A stretch of 60,295 nt of DNA from an uncultured virus (IMG/VR IMGVR_UViG_3300020048_000043) (IMGVR_UViG_3300020048_000043:62001-122295), one strand, 5' to 3'; shown: positions 41,201 through 51,052, counted from the stretch's first letter. Program-made: numbers and translations. The notes: generated by a model from the letters alone, not told the origin.

Positions 41201-42739
41201 TAATAATTTTTTATGTTCTTCACCATGCTCATCATAAAAATGATAAAAATATGATGTTCCTTCATATATTCCTTCTTTATGTAATTCTTTTATTTTTAAT
41301 GAATGACCTTTTCTTGAACATTCTTGTGAACAAAAATCTGATAAACGGCCAGATGATATCCTATCCGACCAAAATGTAGTAATTTCTTTATTACATATAG
41401 GACATAATTTTTGATATGTTTCATCTTGTAAAATATATTTTTTGTAATATGTTAATAACTCTATATTATGAACTTTTTGTAAATGTATTTTTAATAGAAA
41501 AAATTCTTTATTACATATTAAACATAACATGTTAAATTCTCCCTTGTTCGGCCAAGAACAGTTTAGCTGCTGATTATCTCTTTTGAGACTTTCCAGCAAT
41601 TAGAGGAGTTGTTTTTATGCTGTCACCAGCATAGCAGACAGTGACGGTAGTTTATCTGCATTATAACCGTCTGTTATAAGTGGGTTGATATGAAAACTAT
41701 CACTCCAAACTATAACTGGATAAAATGCTCTTAAATTTAAACGATGTAATGCAGGATCTCTTTTCAATACAACAACTTTTTCTGTACATAATTCATTGAG
41801 AATTTTTAAAAATAATGAAATAATTGTTGGATCTAATAAATCTTTTTTTCCTTCTTGAATCATATTAATCATATTACCTATATTAAGAATAGATGGTCTA
41901 ACAATACCCAATTTTTTCCAATCTTCCGCATATTTTGTTGTAGACTTATGAATAACAAATGGTTTAAAAATAGCAAGAGCAATTTTAAAAGGAACACCTA
42001 CTTTATTAGGTGGTATTTCAGGATCACCAATAATAACTGCCCTAGCTGAGAAATCCATTGATTTTCCTAATAATGATTTACGTTGTACTCCTGCTTTTCC
42101 TTTTATCAAATCTTTTAAAAGTTGGTATGCTTCAAAAACATGCTGTTGCATTTTTTGCAACAAATCTTTATAACTTCTAGATTTTATATCTGTAGTATTG
42201 ATAACTTGAGATTCATTCAACATATTAATATATTTTTCGTTAATAGGATCCATATTAATACGTGAATTTTCTATTCGTATAGGTCTAAACTGTGGAGGTA
42301 ATACAAGTATCTGTGAAATGAATGCTTTTTCTTTATGTTTGATAATGTAATTTATTAATGTTTTACTAGCTTCTGTAATATCTTTTTGTTTCAAAAATAT
42401 TTTTTGACAATATTTTATTTCCTCTACAAAATAATCTATACCCCAAGCTCCACTATTACCATCTACTAATTTATCATCTATAATAGACATTTTGCCTGTA
42501 AAAAATTTTTGTATTGTACTACATCTTCTATCTGCTATTTCATATAATAATGGGTGTAATACTTTACATTTTAAATCAATAGAACCATATACGGTTCTCC
42601 ATTTAGAAGAACCGTATAGGCCAAATACAACATTTGAAAATAAACCATTTGGATCAAATTTATCACCAATCATAATATTAGATGTAGTGATAAATTTGAT
42701 TTCATTATCTTCAATATATTTTGCTATATCAAGTAACAT
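38238..42739 (-). CDS. rpoC: DNA-directed RNA polymerase beta' subunit, set 2, spliced: exons 42739-41654, 40631-39471, 38924-38238 (977 aa)
   Basis: joins restore YNAD|FDGDQM and QMTMQTF|HTGG in frame; also GKSMDFSARAVI, KRDPALHR, TAVSGYLARQL. Confidence 0.93.
38925..39470 (-). mobile_element. ORF-less group II intron (546 nt)
   Basis: 5' GTGCG, 3' AT; domain V GAACGCCGTGTGCGGTGAAAGTCGCAAGCACGGTGT with CGC triad; domain VI; domain IV reduced to a short hairpin. Confidence 0.93.
40632..41653 (-). mobile_element. group I intron (1022 nt, IA-like) carrying a homing endonuclease
   Basis: exon ends in U, intron ends in G; P1 GCAGAU/GUCUGC; P10 CCGUCA/UGACGG; P AATTGCTGGAAA, Q AATCAGCAGC, R GTTCAACGACTA, S AAGATATAGTCTA. 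Confidence 0.95.
40817..41530 (-). CDS. intron-encoded homing endonuclease (N-terminal Zn fingers, C-terminal GIY-YIG/T5orf172-like domain)
   Basis: AGGGAG RBS then ATG at 41530; CLIC..HL..H, CPIC..FCSQEC, YLYVIE..IKLGSS..RRL..LE. Confidence 0.8.
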   Translation of the reverse strand: MLCLICNKEFFLLKIHLQKVHNIELLTYYKKYILQDETYQKLCPICNKEITTFWSDRISSGRLSDFCSQECSRKGHSLKIKELHKEGIYEGTSYFYHFYDEHGEEHKKLLSELSKARALNKTSKGFNSEYSDRIRNRDNLLKRTNKEDDRYLYVIEFDDKIKLGSSSDFKRRLTELKAKNFIHHSFKGNAHDIINLECELLLQFQEYTLLDETQKFYTEYLSKNCLEYLLLVIKQNL

Positions 42740-43238
42740 TGTTTAACACCGCCTTAGGTTCCTCTTCTTGTTGTTTCATAATTTTTTCAAACTCCAAATC
42801 AGATACAAGTTTATTTATAAATTCATCTATTTCAATAAAATTGTTTTGTAATGATTCTTCCAAATCTTTTTTTACTAAATTTCTATTTCTTTTTATTATT
42901 CTACATGTATAGCTCATAGGTTTATTTGCTATGTTTGCTTTATATTTAGACCAAACTTTTTCAATGGATGCAGTAACATATGTATAAATAATGATATATG
43001 AATTTTGTTGTGTGTCTTCTTTTTGTTGTTTATCTTCGTATGTTTCTATCATTTTATTTTTTAATTGTTCACAACGATATTCTATTTGATTATAATAATA
43101 TTCATCCAGTTCAATTGAATGTTTTTTTAAAAACACACGTAATTTATTAATATTCGGAGATAGAAGTAATTGAATCATTTTTTTGAAACCTGTATTTTTA
43201 TTAATAGCAATATCATTATTCATCATAATTATCCCCAA
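42729..43238 (-). CDS. hypothetical protein in the RNAP set 2 operon
   Basis: overlaps both neighbours. Confidence 0.7.
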   Translation of the reverse strand: MGIIMMNNDIAINKNTGFKKMIQLLLSPNINKLRVFLKKHSIELDEYYYNQIEYRCEQLKNKMIETYEDKQQKEDTQQNSYIIIYTYVTASIEKVWSKYKANIANKPMSYTCRIIKRNRNLVKKDLEESLQNNFIEIDEFINKLVSDLEFEKIMKQQEEEPKAVLNNVT

Positions 43239-43846
43239 TCGTCAAAATTAGCATATTCTAATGAAACAACATATTTTTTAACTATAATATCATACACTGT
43301 AGGAATGGATATTGGAGCAAACGTATAACCAAACACACTACCCCAATATTGTTCTTTTGTATATAATTGAATATTTTCTTCTTTCAAATCATATAACATA
43401 TTTATTAACATTTCTACAGGCATATGACCTTCTTCATTGAATAATGTTAACGTATCAAGAATAGTAGATTTTGTAATAAATTTTTCACTTGCAGATAAAA
43501 TATTTATTTGTATCTTTTCAATAACTTTCAAATTCAATGTATTTGCTAAATATTGAAAAGCGGCTTCTATAAAAGGAGTTTTAAATACAGTTACAAAGGA
43601 TGGAGCATCATTTTCTTTCATATCAAATAGTTGTTCTTCTTGTTCTTCATCCTCTTTTACTAACATCAAATTTGTATATGGAATTACAGGTCCTTTATAT
43701 TTATCTTGCCAAAACACTACATCCGTACCACAACTTTGAATTTTTAATATTTCTTCTGCTATGTCGATCGTATCTATCATTGCTATACATTTTGTTAAAG
43801 GTTGAACAAAATTATATGAAGTATAAGGAAACAATAACGATAACAT
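43229..43846 (-). CDS. hypothetical acidic protein in the RNAP set 2 operon
   Basis: AAGGAGG RBS. Confidence 0.75.
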   Translation of the reverse strand: MLSLLFPYTSYNFVQPLTKCIAMIDTIDIAEEILKIQSCGTDVVFWQDKYKGPVIPYTNLMLVKEDEEQEEQLFDMKENDAPSFVTVFKTPFIEAAFQYLANTLNLKVIEKIQINILSASEKFITKSTILDTLTLFNEEGHMPVEMLINMLYDLKEENIQLYTKEQYWGSVFGYTFAPISIPTVYDIIVKKYVVSLEYANFDDWG

Positions 43847-43858
43847 AGCATTCCCTCC

Positions 43859-45316
43859 TTAGTAGTCATATAAAGATTTTTTAATTTTTTCTATCTCCAT
43901 ATTATATCCGCCTGTTGTTAATGTAATTGTAAAATATATTAATTCCTCAATCAATTCAAGCCAATTGATTGTTACATATTTGTTTTGAATCGTATCAAAA
44001 TATTTATTTTTGTATAAATTAAAAATTGTATTAATATAATATTTTTTAATAGTATTTAAAGAAAGATGATTGATTTTTTTATTAAGAAAATATGGTCGCA
44101 ACGTATTTGTAATCTTTATATTTAAATTTTCAGGTAGTCTAACAATTGTTTTTGTTTCCATATTAGGCATAGGTGCTGTTAATAATATTGTTTCCATATT
44201 TATGAACCGCATATTCAATATAACCATTTTTAAAAATTTATGTGTAAAAAAATTCAATAGATGAACATTTGAAATATTGAATGCTTTAATTGGAAGATTG
44301 AAGATAGCAATAATTAGAGGTTGTGTAATATTATTCAACACAGTATATACATTGTAATGATATAATGAAGAATATTCTTTATATTCTTCCGCAATATCGA
44401 ATAATATTTTTTGCACAATAACTCTATAAAATATTTCAGATTCTAAAATATCATTACGAGGTTTGATCATAGATACTGTATCTATAGTACTAGGTAAAAA
44501 TAAATTAGACATAGCTGTTTGCAACAACCAGTTCAATTCATTTTTTGCTATACTGATAAGATATGCTATTGGATTTTCTGTAGGTTTAATACTTGGTAAT
44601 GCTTTTTGATATACACTTGTGATCAATTCTAAAATATGATTATCATATGTATATCCTTTTCCTCTAGAAAGAAACCCCCAAAGTTTTTTACTTGTTGTTT
44701 CTGGATTTGTCGCCATAATCATACTCATAATAATATTAAAAAGTTTTTGAAGAATACCTTTTTCTATCATTTCTTGAGATATCATATTATAAATTACTTT
44801 TTGTTGATATTCATCTACAGCAAGATTTCCTATCAAACATGGAATAAAAAACCTCATTCGAATAGATGTTAACAAAATAAAAACAGTTTCTTCCAATGAT
44901 ATGTTTAATTTATATGCACTATTTTGTTTCACAATTAAATCTTTTGACAAATCTAATTTATAAAACAAATCATCTATATGTGTTAATAAAATAGGTCCAT
45001 ATTCAAAAAATACCCCTAACCTGTCTTCTGGATCTGTTTGAACATATTCGAAAAGAAAATTTTCATATTCTTTATACAAAACAGAATCTTGTTGGAGCAT
45101 ATCATTAACCAAATTAAAAATATCTTCAAATTTATTAATAATAGCAATTACATCTGGTTTAATATATATCTCATTGATGTCTAAAAAAATAACTTCGTGA
45201 TTCTCATTAAAATATTTTTTAATTTCATAATTCTTTTTATATTGCGGAATAAAACTAATATATTGTTTAGTTTCGACATCGTCAAGATTCAATGTTTTTA
45301 AAACAAACAAATTCAA
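43859..45316 (-). CDS. candidate sigma-like promoter-specificity subunit (485 aa)
   Basis: ELITSVYQKALPSIKPTENPIAYLISIAKNELNWLL resembles sigma region 2.2-2.4; lies upstream of beta'/beta. Confidence 0.4.
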   Translation of the reverse strand: MNLFVLKTLNLDDVETKQYISFIPQYKKNYEIKKYFNENHEVIFLDINEIYIKPDVIAIINKFEDIFNLVNDMLQQDSVLYKEYENFLFEYVQTDPEDRLGVFFEYGPILLTHIDDLFYKLDLSKDLIVKQNSAYKLNISLEETVFILLTSIRMRFFIPCLIGNLAVDEYQQKVIYNMISQEMIEKGILQKLFNIIMSMIMATNPETTSKKLWGFLSRGKGYTYDNHILELITSVYQKALPSIKPTENPIAYLISIAKNELNWLLQTAMSNLFLPSTIDTVSMIKPRNDILESEIFYRVIVQKILFDIAEEYKEYSSLYHYNVYTVLNNITQPLIIAIFNLPIKAFNISNVHLLNFFTHKFLKMVILNMRFINMETILLTAPMPNMETKTIVRLPENLNIKITNTLRPYFLNKKINHLSLNTIKKYYINTIFNLYKNKYFDTIQNKYVTINWLELIEELIYFTITLTTGGYNMEIEKIKKSLYDY

Positions 45317-45326
45317 AAGCCTCCCT

Positions 45327-45941
45327 TCAAGATTGTATAGTTTTTAAAAATCCAAATCCAGATACTGTATTAGTTGGAAATAAATATTGACTCCATAAAG
45401 TATGCCATTTTTGTTTTGCATAAATTTCTGAAGGAATTCTATTTTTCATTTTTTGAATAGATACTGTATTTAATTCTACAACAGGAATTATTGTTTGTCC
45501 GTCTTTATAACTACCTAATCTAAAAATAGGGACATCCCTACAAGATGCTGAAACATCTAATGTAGAATAAGAAAAAGACCTTTTAACTTCTTCTCTATAT
45601 CTTTCAACATCGATACCATATATTGCAATCAATAGTACTAAATGTAATCCATCTGGAGTTACTTCAAAATAACTTGGATATTTTTCTAATTTTTGTTTCA
45701 TGTCTTTTGCTTCTGTATATGCTTTTAATATTCCGCCGCCGCGACGCCCATCAAAATCAAAAATAGGTTGTATAAAAATAGATTCTTCTCTTCGATAAAT
45801 AGGAGAAATAAGCAATTGAGCTTTTCCTTGAATAATTGCTGTAGAATGTTTTTTAAATAACTTATCTTTGAATTCGGATATAGAACTTAATTGAGGTGGC
45901 ATAGCTACTGTATATTTATAAGAACATTTTAAATCTTCCAT
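45327..45941 (-). CDS. archaeo-eukaryotic primase (AEP) catalytic domain
   Basis: motif I IFDFD, motif II TPDGLHLV, motif III LDVS, and FRLGS. Confidence 0.65.
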   Translation of the reverse strand: MEDLKCSYKYTVAMPPQLSSISEFKDKLFKKHSTAIIQGKAQLLISPIYRREESIFIQPIFDFDGRRGGGILKAYTEAKDMKQKLEKYPSYFEVTPDGLHLVLLIAIYGIDVERYREEVKRSFSYSTLDVSASCRDVPIFRLGSYKDGQTIIPVVELNTVSIQKMKNRIPSEIYAKQKWHTLWSQYLFPTNTVSGFGFLKTIQS

Positions 45942-45956
45942 GATATAACCTCCAAA

Positions 45957-45994
45957 AATTACATGGGTAGGTGTTTGAACCTACCCATGTAATT
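45957..45994 (-). terminator. intrinsic terminator-like hairpin
   Basis: 16-bp perfect inverted repeat AATTACATGGGTAGGT/ACCTACCCATGTAATT. Confidence 0.75.
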
Positions 45995-46014
45995 ATTTTA
46001 AAATTAAATTACTA

Positions 46015-46761
46015 TTACATTAGATCATCAATATTCATATTATTTTGTTTTGGACTTTTTGGAGTAGATGTATTTCCCCCAAGATCGCCTAGAATATTAT
46101 CAACCATTTGATTTACATTTTGTGTATTTTGCACTGGAGGTTGATTATTAAACCCTCCATTAGATTCTTCAAACATATTATTAAAAGACTGAGGTGCATT
46201 GTTATATGATTTCTGATAACCTGCAGATCCACCACGAGTTGTTTCTGTTTTTGCTTGTTTATACTGTTCTGCTTTCCAACCATTCAATACAGAATTTACA
46301 ATAAACTCACACATTATCATATTTGGAGATGCTAGAAATATAAAAAAGTTTACAAATCTTTTTACGTCTTCAATATTATCAAATACAAATGAAGATCTAA
46401 CTTGACTTTGATCTTTCAATGTATTCATAATTGCTATTTTAAAATTATGATCTGTAGCACTTTTTCCAAATGCAATTGCCTTGGAGTTATTATCATAAGA
46501 TCTCATAGTGTTAGCTTCTTTTGATGTTCCATTAACAATAGCAAACATTTCATCAGCAAAGTTTTTTGTTTCTAAGAAACTCAAAGAATAAACTAGATTA
46601 TTTTGCCAATCCCACGATGTGGCTTTTCCGTTATTAACAGCCTTAGGTGGAACAAGTTTAATATATGTTGTTTTACGAACCAAATCTACTTGGATCTGCA
46701 TAGCCGTTGTTTGCGCTGTTACAGGTACATTATTACCAGGAAAATAAAAATCAGTATACAT
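46015..46761 (-). CDS. putative Whirly/PC4-fold ssDNA-binding protein, copy 2
   Basis: YIKLVPP..SWDWQNNLVYSLSFLE; N/Q/G-rich linker and tail NIDDLM as in SSBs; next to the primase. Confidence 0.5.
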   Translation of the reverse strand: MYTDFYFPGNNVPVTAQTTAMQIQVDLVRKTTYIKLVPPKAVNNGKATSWDWQNNLVYSLSFLETKNFADEMFAIVNGTSKEANTMRSYDNNSKAIAFGKSATDHNFKIAIMNTLKDQSQVRSSFVFDNIEDVKRFVNFFIFLASPNMIMCEFIVNSVLNGWKAEQYKQAKTETTRGGSAGYQKSYNNAPQSFNNMFEESNGGFNNQPPVQNTQNVNQMVDNILGDLGGNTSTPKSPKQNNMNIDDLM

Positions 46762-46775
46762 ATAATACCCTCCTT

Positions 46776-47174
46776 TTAATATGTTTCTACTATTTGTTTA
46801 GCAATAACACCTAATACATCCGTATGTGCATCATCCGAATATATTTTCCAAAAATGAGTAACCGTTGTTCCGTCTGTAATAATTTTACAAATCGCACTAA
46901 CACCATTCAGATTAGTGTTATTAACAACAAATATTTTACTTATTTCTGTTAAAGCTAAATCTTTTTTCCCACATACAGAAAACGTATATGTTTTTGCTGG
47001 GTTAGAAATATATCCTCCAAACACTTGTTTATCTAACAACGTTTTTGTTGATTTATTATTTACAAACACTTTTGATATATTACCTTGTGTACTATTACTC
47101 TTCATTTCTTTAAACTTATTATATACAACAACACCCACAAAAACAATACTCATTAGACCTAATAGATCTAACAT
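46776..47174 (-). CDS. membrane-anchored hypothetical protein
   Basis: N-terminal TM segment. Confidence 0.7.
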   Translation of the reverse strand: MLDLLGLMSIVFVGVVVYNKFKEMKSNSTQGNISKVFVNNKSTKTLLDKQVFGGYISNPAKTYTFSVCGKKDLALTEISKIFVVNNTNLNGVSAICKIITDGTTVTHFWKIYSDDAHTDVLGVIAKQIVETY

Positions 47175-47177
47175 AGT

Positions 47178-48137
47178 TTACCCCCTATAGAATTCCACTA
47201 TTTCCGACAATGTGTTTTTTAATATTGTTTCATTCATAGGAATTCTAAAAGAAGCCGCAGACGCATGACCTCCACCATTTTTCTTAAGAGCAAATTCATT
47301 ACACTTTATATTACTATTATTTGTTCTTAATGATACAGTGAGAGTATTATCGTCTTGAAATAACAAAATGAAGTGTTCTATATTTTTTTCATTTGTCAGA
47401 ACACTTACTTCAAACGCAGGACAATTACTTCCTTTTTCAAATACAAATAATGGAATTCCTTGAATGACCTTTTTATTATCAAATACATCTCGGACCAAAA
47501 CACTTGTTTGCGCTGTATATTCTTCGAGATATTTTGTATACCATTTTGGTATAAACCCATCATTATACGGTGGTTCGTTTTGTAACAATGTTACGTAATT
47601 ATTTAACTTTTGTGGAAATTTAGTATATTTCATTTCTTCATTCATAAACATATGATAATGAAATGTACGTTGTAAATTTAAAGCCATTGGTGATTTATCT
47701 AATTGCCATGTATCAAAAAAATCAATAGCATTTAAAACATCTTCATATAAACTTAAATCTATTTTCTTATCAAGAAGATTTTCCATAATTTTAGTAGCAG
47801 ATAATTCTTTGTTATGATGAATAGTCCAACGAGTATGACATGGAATAGAATCTTCATGATGATCCACACTAGTTACCCAAACATTATGTGGAATAACTTT
47901 TTCCATTATTTCAACAAACTGAGAAGTAAGATTAATATCTGTAATAATAATATTATCATACTTTTCTGGAGAAAATGTTTCTTGTAACACTTTTGGGAAA
48001 TAATACTTAGACGTTTCGTTATATGCTACATATACACAATCTGTGATGTTCATTAAACGTCCAAGTAACGCGCAACCGCAACCATCAAGATCATTATGTG
48101 TAATTTGTAATGTAGTTGCCATTTGTTTCCTCCTCAT
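47178..48137 (-). CDS. DHH/DHHA1 family phosphoesterase, copy 2
   Basis: THNDLDG, ITDI, VDHH, SLRT, GGGHASAASF; likely start MATTL at 48122. Confidence 0.9.
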   Translation of the reverse strand: MRRKQMATTLQITHNDLDGCGCALLGRLMNITDCVYVAYNETSKYYFPKVLQETFSPEKYDNIIITDINLTSQFVEIMEKVIPHNVWVTSVDHHEDSIPCHTRWTIHHNKELSATKIMENLLDKKIDLSLYEDVLNAIDFFDTWQLDKSPMALNLQRTFHYHMFMNEEMKYTKFPQKLNNYVTLLQNEPPYNDGFIPKWYTKYLEEYTAQTSVLVRDVFDNKKVIQGIPLFVFEKGSNCPAFEVSVLTNEKNIEHFILLFQDDNTLTVSLRTNNSNIKCNEFALKKNGGGHASAASFRIPMNETILKNTLSEIVEFYRG

Positions 48138-48147
48138 ACTTTAGCCT

Positions 48148-48567
48148 TTAGAAAATCTTTTCATGACCTATCAACATAGAAGAATGTGTAATAGACACAC
48201 CTATTTCTGTCATATACACAACTTTAATAGATAAGTTTTTAATCCAACTACTACAATAAATACAGGGGCAAGATGGTAGATTAGCATCATATCCCCTATA
48301 GATCAACATAGTATCATATTTCTTATTATTCTTTTCTGCATCCATCCAAGCAGATAATTCTGCGTGCATGGGATACTTACGTCGATCTATTTGGTATCCG
48401 AGTTTTTTAATCATAGGATGTGTTTTAGAACTATTCAATCCTATAGATATTATACGTTGTCTGTATAACATAAAACAAACACAACGTAGATTACTCGGAT
48501 TTATTTCTGGGCGATCTTGATTAATATTTCTAGCAAGATCACTATGACGCAAATACACATCTACCAA
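48148..48567 (-). CDS. cytidine/dCMP deaminase-like Zn enzyme
   Basis: IISIGLN, MHAE, PCIYC. Confidence 0.82.
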   Translation of the reverse strand: MVDVYLRHSDLARNINQDRPEINPSNLRCVCFMLYRQRIISIGLNSSKTHPMIKKLGYQIDRRKYPMHAELSAWMDAEKNNKKYDTMLIYRGYDANLPSCPCIYCSSWIKNLSIKVVYMTEIGVSITHSSMLIGHEKIF

Positions 48568-48613
48568 ACTTGCCCCAATTTATCATCAATCCCTTTCTTT
48601 ATTATTAATTTAA

Positions 48614-49029
48614 TTACGAAACAAAAGGAATTACACGAAGCGTATTTAGACTACTATCACAAAGATGAAAATCTAGTTTTTTAACACCGAGTGCTTTTGC
48701 TGTTCGTTCTGCCATCATTTCAAGTAGCATGATGTAACGCATATCAGATTCAATTCCTTTNNNNNNNNNNTAACAATTTTAATAATATACACACCATCTT
48801 CTTTATCAAACATAATACTCTTTTTTGTATTGTCGAACATCTGTTCCTTTACAAAGAAATTACCAAGTTTATCTACTTCAGACATAGTAACATTCTTTGT
48901 ATAGTACAGTTCTCCTGCCATAAACATCTTTTTTTCCGCATTCGCTACAGGATTTGTAGCCACTGAAAAAAAACTAAAACCTACAAGCGCGAGAATAATA
49001 AGCCCAACAGCTTTAAAAAACTTTTTCAT
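48614..49029 (-). CDS. secreted/membrane protein; frame broken by the N gap at 48761-48770
   Basis: signal peptide; after the gap another frame reads KGIESDMRY..DFHLCDSSLNTLRVIPFVS to TAA at 48614. Confidence 0.65.
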
Positions 49030-49058
49030 TATAAAATTCCTCCTTAATATGATTATAA

Positions 49059-50126
49059 TTAAAATAGATCTTTCAGAAGAGAATCCACTTGTTGCTTTGT
49101 TTCTTCTTCAATAACTTCTTCAGAAACAACTGTTTCACCAATATCTGCTACTTGTACAGTATTATCATTTACAACAGTTTGTTTTGTTTCTGTACTTTTA
49201 TTTTCTTTTGCTTGTTTTCTTTCTTCCTTCTTTAGTTCTTTATCTTCCCAATCAAATAATTGTACATTTTTAATTCTTGCTTTAAGAGATTCCATATCAC
49301 AATTAAAATATTCATCATTTTTCATGATGCGAATAAATTTTACCATTTGCGTCAAAGAATTAAATCCAGATTCACTCATTTTATTCTCATTTAGCATATA
49401 TTCGCAAATGATTTTATACATATTAAAACGACTTCCGCCTTGTGCCATTCGACTAATAATTTCTTCGCCCAATCTATAATTAAAAAGTTGAGCTAAAATA
49501 TATAGTCTAGGATACTCCAATATTTGTTGATCCCAACTATTCCAACAATTAATTGTATTATTAATCATTGTAGGAATGTTCTGAACAAGACGTTGAAGCT
49601 GAACAGGATCTAGAGTTCCTTTTCTATGAAGCATAGACTCATATGTATATACAGCTTTTCCTGCGCTTGTTGGAAGATATGTAGTTCCGTCTTCCCCACG
49701 AATTGTAACGTGTACACCGTATTTTGTAAATCTGTTATGACTATTAACAGCAATAATGGTTCCAAAAAGTTTTGTATTACCTACATGAAATTCTGTTTCT
49801 GTTTCAAACTCATAAAACATTACTGCATCGTCCATCCACAAATTACGTTTTGTTTTTTTAACTGTCCAACCAAGAGCAGGAAGAATATCATCCCGAACAG
49901 ATTGTATAATATTCTCATGCGAAACACCTTCCCATACACCAGAAACAACATCAAACATTTTAGCTGGGTTACTTTCATTGTATACAACATATCTAGGTTT
50001 ATCTAAAATCTTAACAGGCTTAAATTTTTGTTTTATATCTTCTGGGATAGAACCCATATCATCAATAACATACGCTTGTTTAAGACCTACACTAAAATTA
50101 TGATCCGCTTCATTGATAATAGACAT
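49059..50126 (-). CDS. DUF932/DUF945-like phage protein
   Basis: FDVVSGVWEGVSHE..IIAVNSHN..H pattern; acidic tail. Confidence 0.55.
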   Translation of the reverse strand: MSIINEADHNFSVGLKQAYVIDDMGSIPEDIKQKFKPVKILDKPRYVVYNESNPAKMFDVVSGVWEGVSHENIIQSVRDDILPALGWTVKKTKRNLWMDDAVMFYEFETETEFHVGNTKLFGTIIAVNSHNRFTKYGVHVTIRGEDGTTYLPTSAGKAVYTYESMLHRKGTLDPVQLQRLVQNIPTMINNTINCWNSWDQQILEYPRLYILAQLFNYRLGEEIISRMAQGGSRFNMYKIICEYMLNENKMSESGFNSLTQMVKFIRIMKNDEYFNCDMESLKARIKNVQLFDWEDKELKKEERKQAKENKSTETKQTVVNDNTVQVADIGETVVSEEVIEEETKQQVDSLLKDLF

Positions 50127-50147
50127 TATGATAATCCTCCTTAAAAA

Positions 50148-50984
50148 TTATAATGTTTTTGTATCTACAACATCACTAACAACAATTTCACTTTGTTCTA
50201 TTATTGGTTTTTTAACAATATGTTCTTCTATAATTTCTCCATTATCACCTACCTTTAATATTTTTTCTCTAGGTTCTTTTTGCATAATTACTCGAAATAA
50301 TCTTTGTGTAAGAAGATTGTATTCTGTCATTAAATTTAATAAATAAGTCCTATGTGCTGCATCACTTTGACTATTTCCAAAATATGAACGTACTGCTTTT
50401 TGATAATTTCCATTACTATTAATAAAATAATTTTCAAACACAATATACTGCGCATCAATAGATCCACGTATATTAGTTGAAAGCATCTCTCTTGTAATTG
50501 GGATATTATCTCTCCATTCATATTCTTTACTCAATTTATCAGAATGCCAACGCCATATAACTTGTCCTAATCCAGAAGCAGATGAGGTTGATGGACTTGC
50601 TTTAATATCAAAATGACTTTCTCTTTTTGCTTTTGCTACATTTAAAAAAATTAATTCAGGTTTAGGAACATAAAATAATTGATCTTTGTATGCACACGCA
50701 ACATCTGTAATATATTTTTCTGTTGCATGTTTTCTATACCCATATATTGTTTCATGAATAAATTTATAAAACACATTAAAAATATCTTCTTCTGTTAGTT
50801 CAAAATACCTTATTGTTTTTTCTTCAATTATAGGTACAACAACATCAGATTCCGTTTGTTGTTCTACTATTGGATAATATAATTGGGTTAGAATATTATA
50901 TTTCAATTCAATACTCATACCTAAAAACAAAAGTAATATATATCCAAAAAAACGAAGAAAAAATAATCGATACTTAGCTAACAT
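50148..50984 (-). CDS. membrane-anchored lytic transglycosylase (SLT-like)
   Basis: RESHF..ASGLGQV..AVRSY; N-terminal TM segment. Confidence 0.75.
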   Translation of the reverse strand: MLAKYRLFFLRFFGYILLLFLGMSIELKYNILTQLYYPIVEQQTESDVVVPIIEEKTIRYFELTEEDIFNVFYKFIHETIYGYRKHATEKYITDVACAYKDQLFYVPKPELIFLNVAKAKRESHFDIKASPSTSSASGLGQVIWRWHSDKLSKEYEWRDNIPITREMLSTNIRGSIDAQYIVFENYFINSNGNYQKAVRSYFGNSQSDAAHRTYLLNLMTEYNLLTQRLFRVIMQKEPREKILKVGDNGEIIEEHIVKKPIIEQSEIVVSDVVDTKTL

Positions 50985-51002
50985 GTATATTCCTCCTAAA
51001 AT

Positions 51003-51042
51003 AAATAAAACGGGTGAGTAAAAATACCCACCCGTTTTATTT
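51003..51042 (-). terminator. intrinsic terminator-like hairpin
   Basis: AAATAAAACGGGTG/CACCCGTTTTATTT. Confidence 0.7.
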
Positions 51043-51052
51043 TTATATTATT

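Noticed and set aside
41531..41599. N-terminal extension MLESLKRD.. of the intron ORF
   Set aside because: It overlaps the intron P and Q elements; the RBS supports the ATG at 41530
38238..42739. phiKZ-style split beta' subunits (three ORFs)
   Set aside because: The breaks fall inside catalytic motifs and are filled by recognisable introns; the ATG at 40634 is just the last three intron bases
48148..48567. Uracil-substituted DNA as in AR9/PBS1, suggested by low GC, dual RNAPs and a deaminase
   Set aside because: One deaminase is not diagnostic and no other supporting gene is recognisable here
48715..48770. Short C-terminus KELNLICVTSCYLK and an apparent intergenic region
   Set aside because: Artefact of the 10-N gap; another frame continues to 48614
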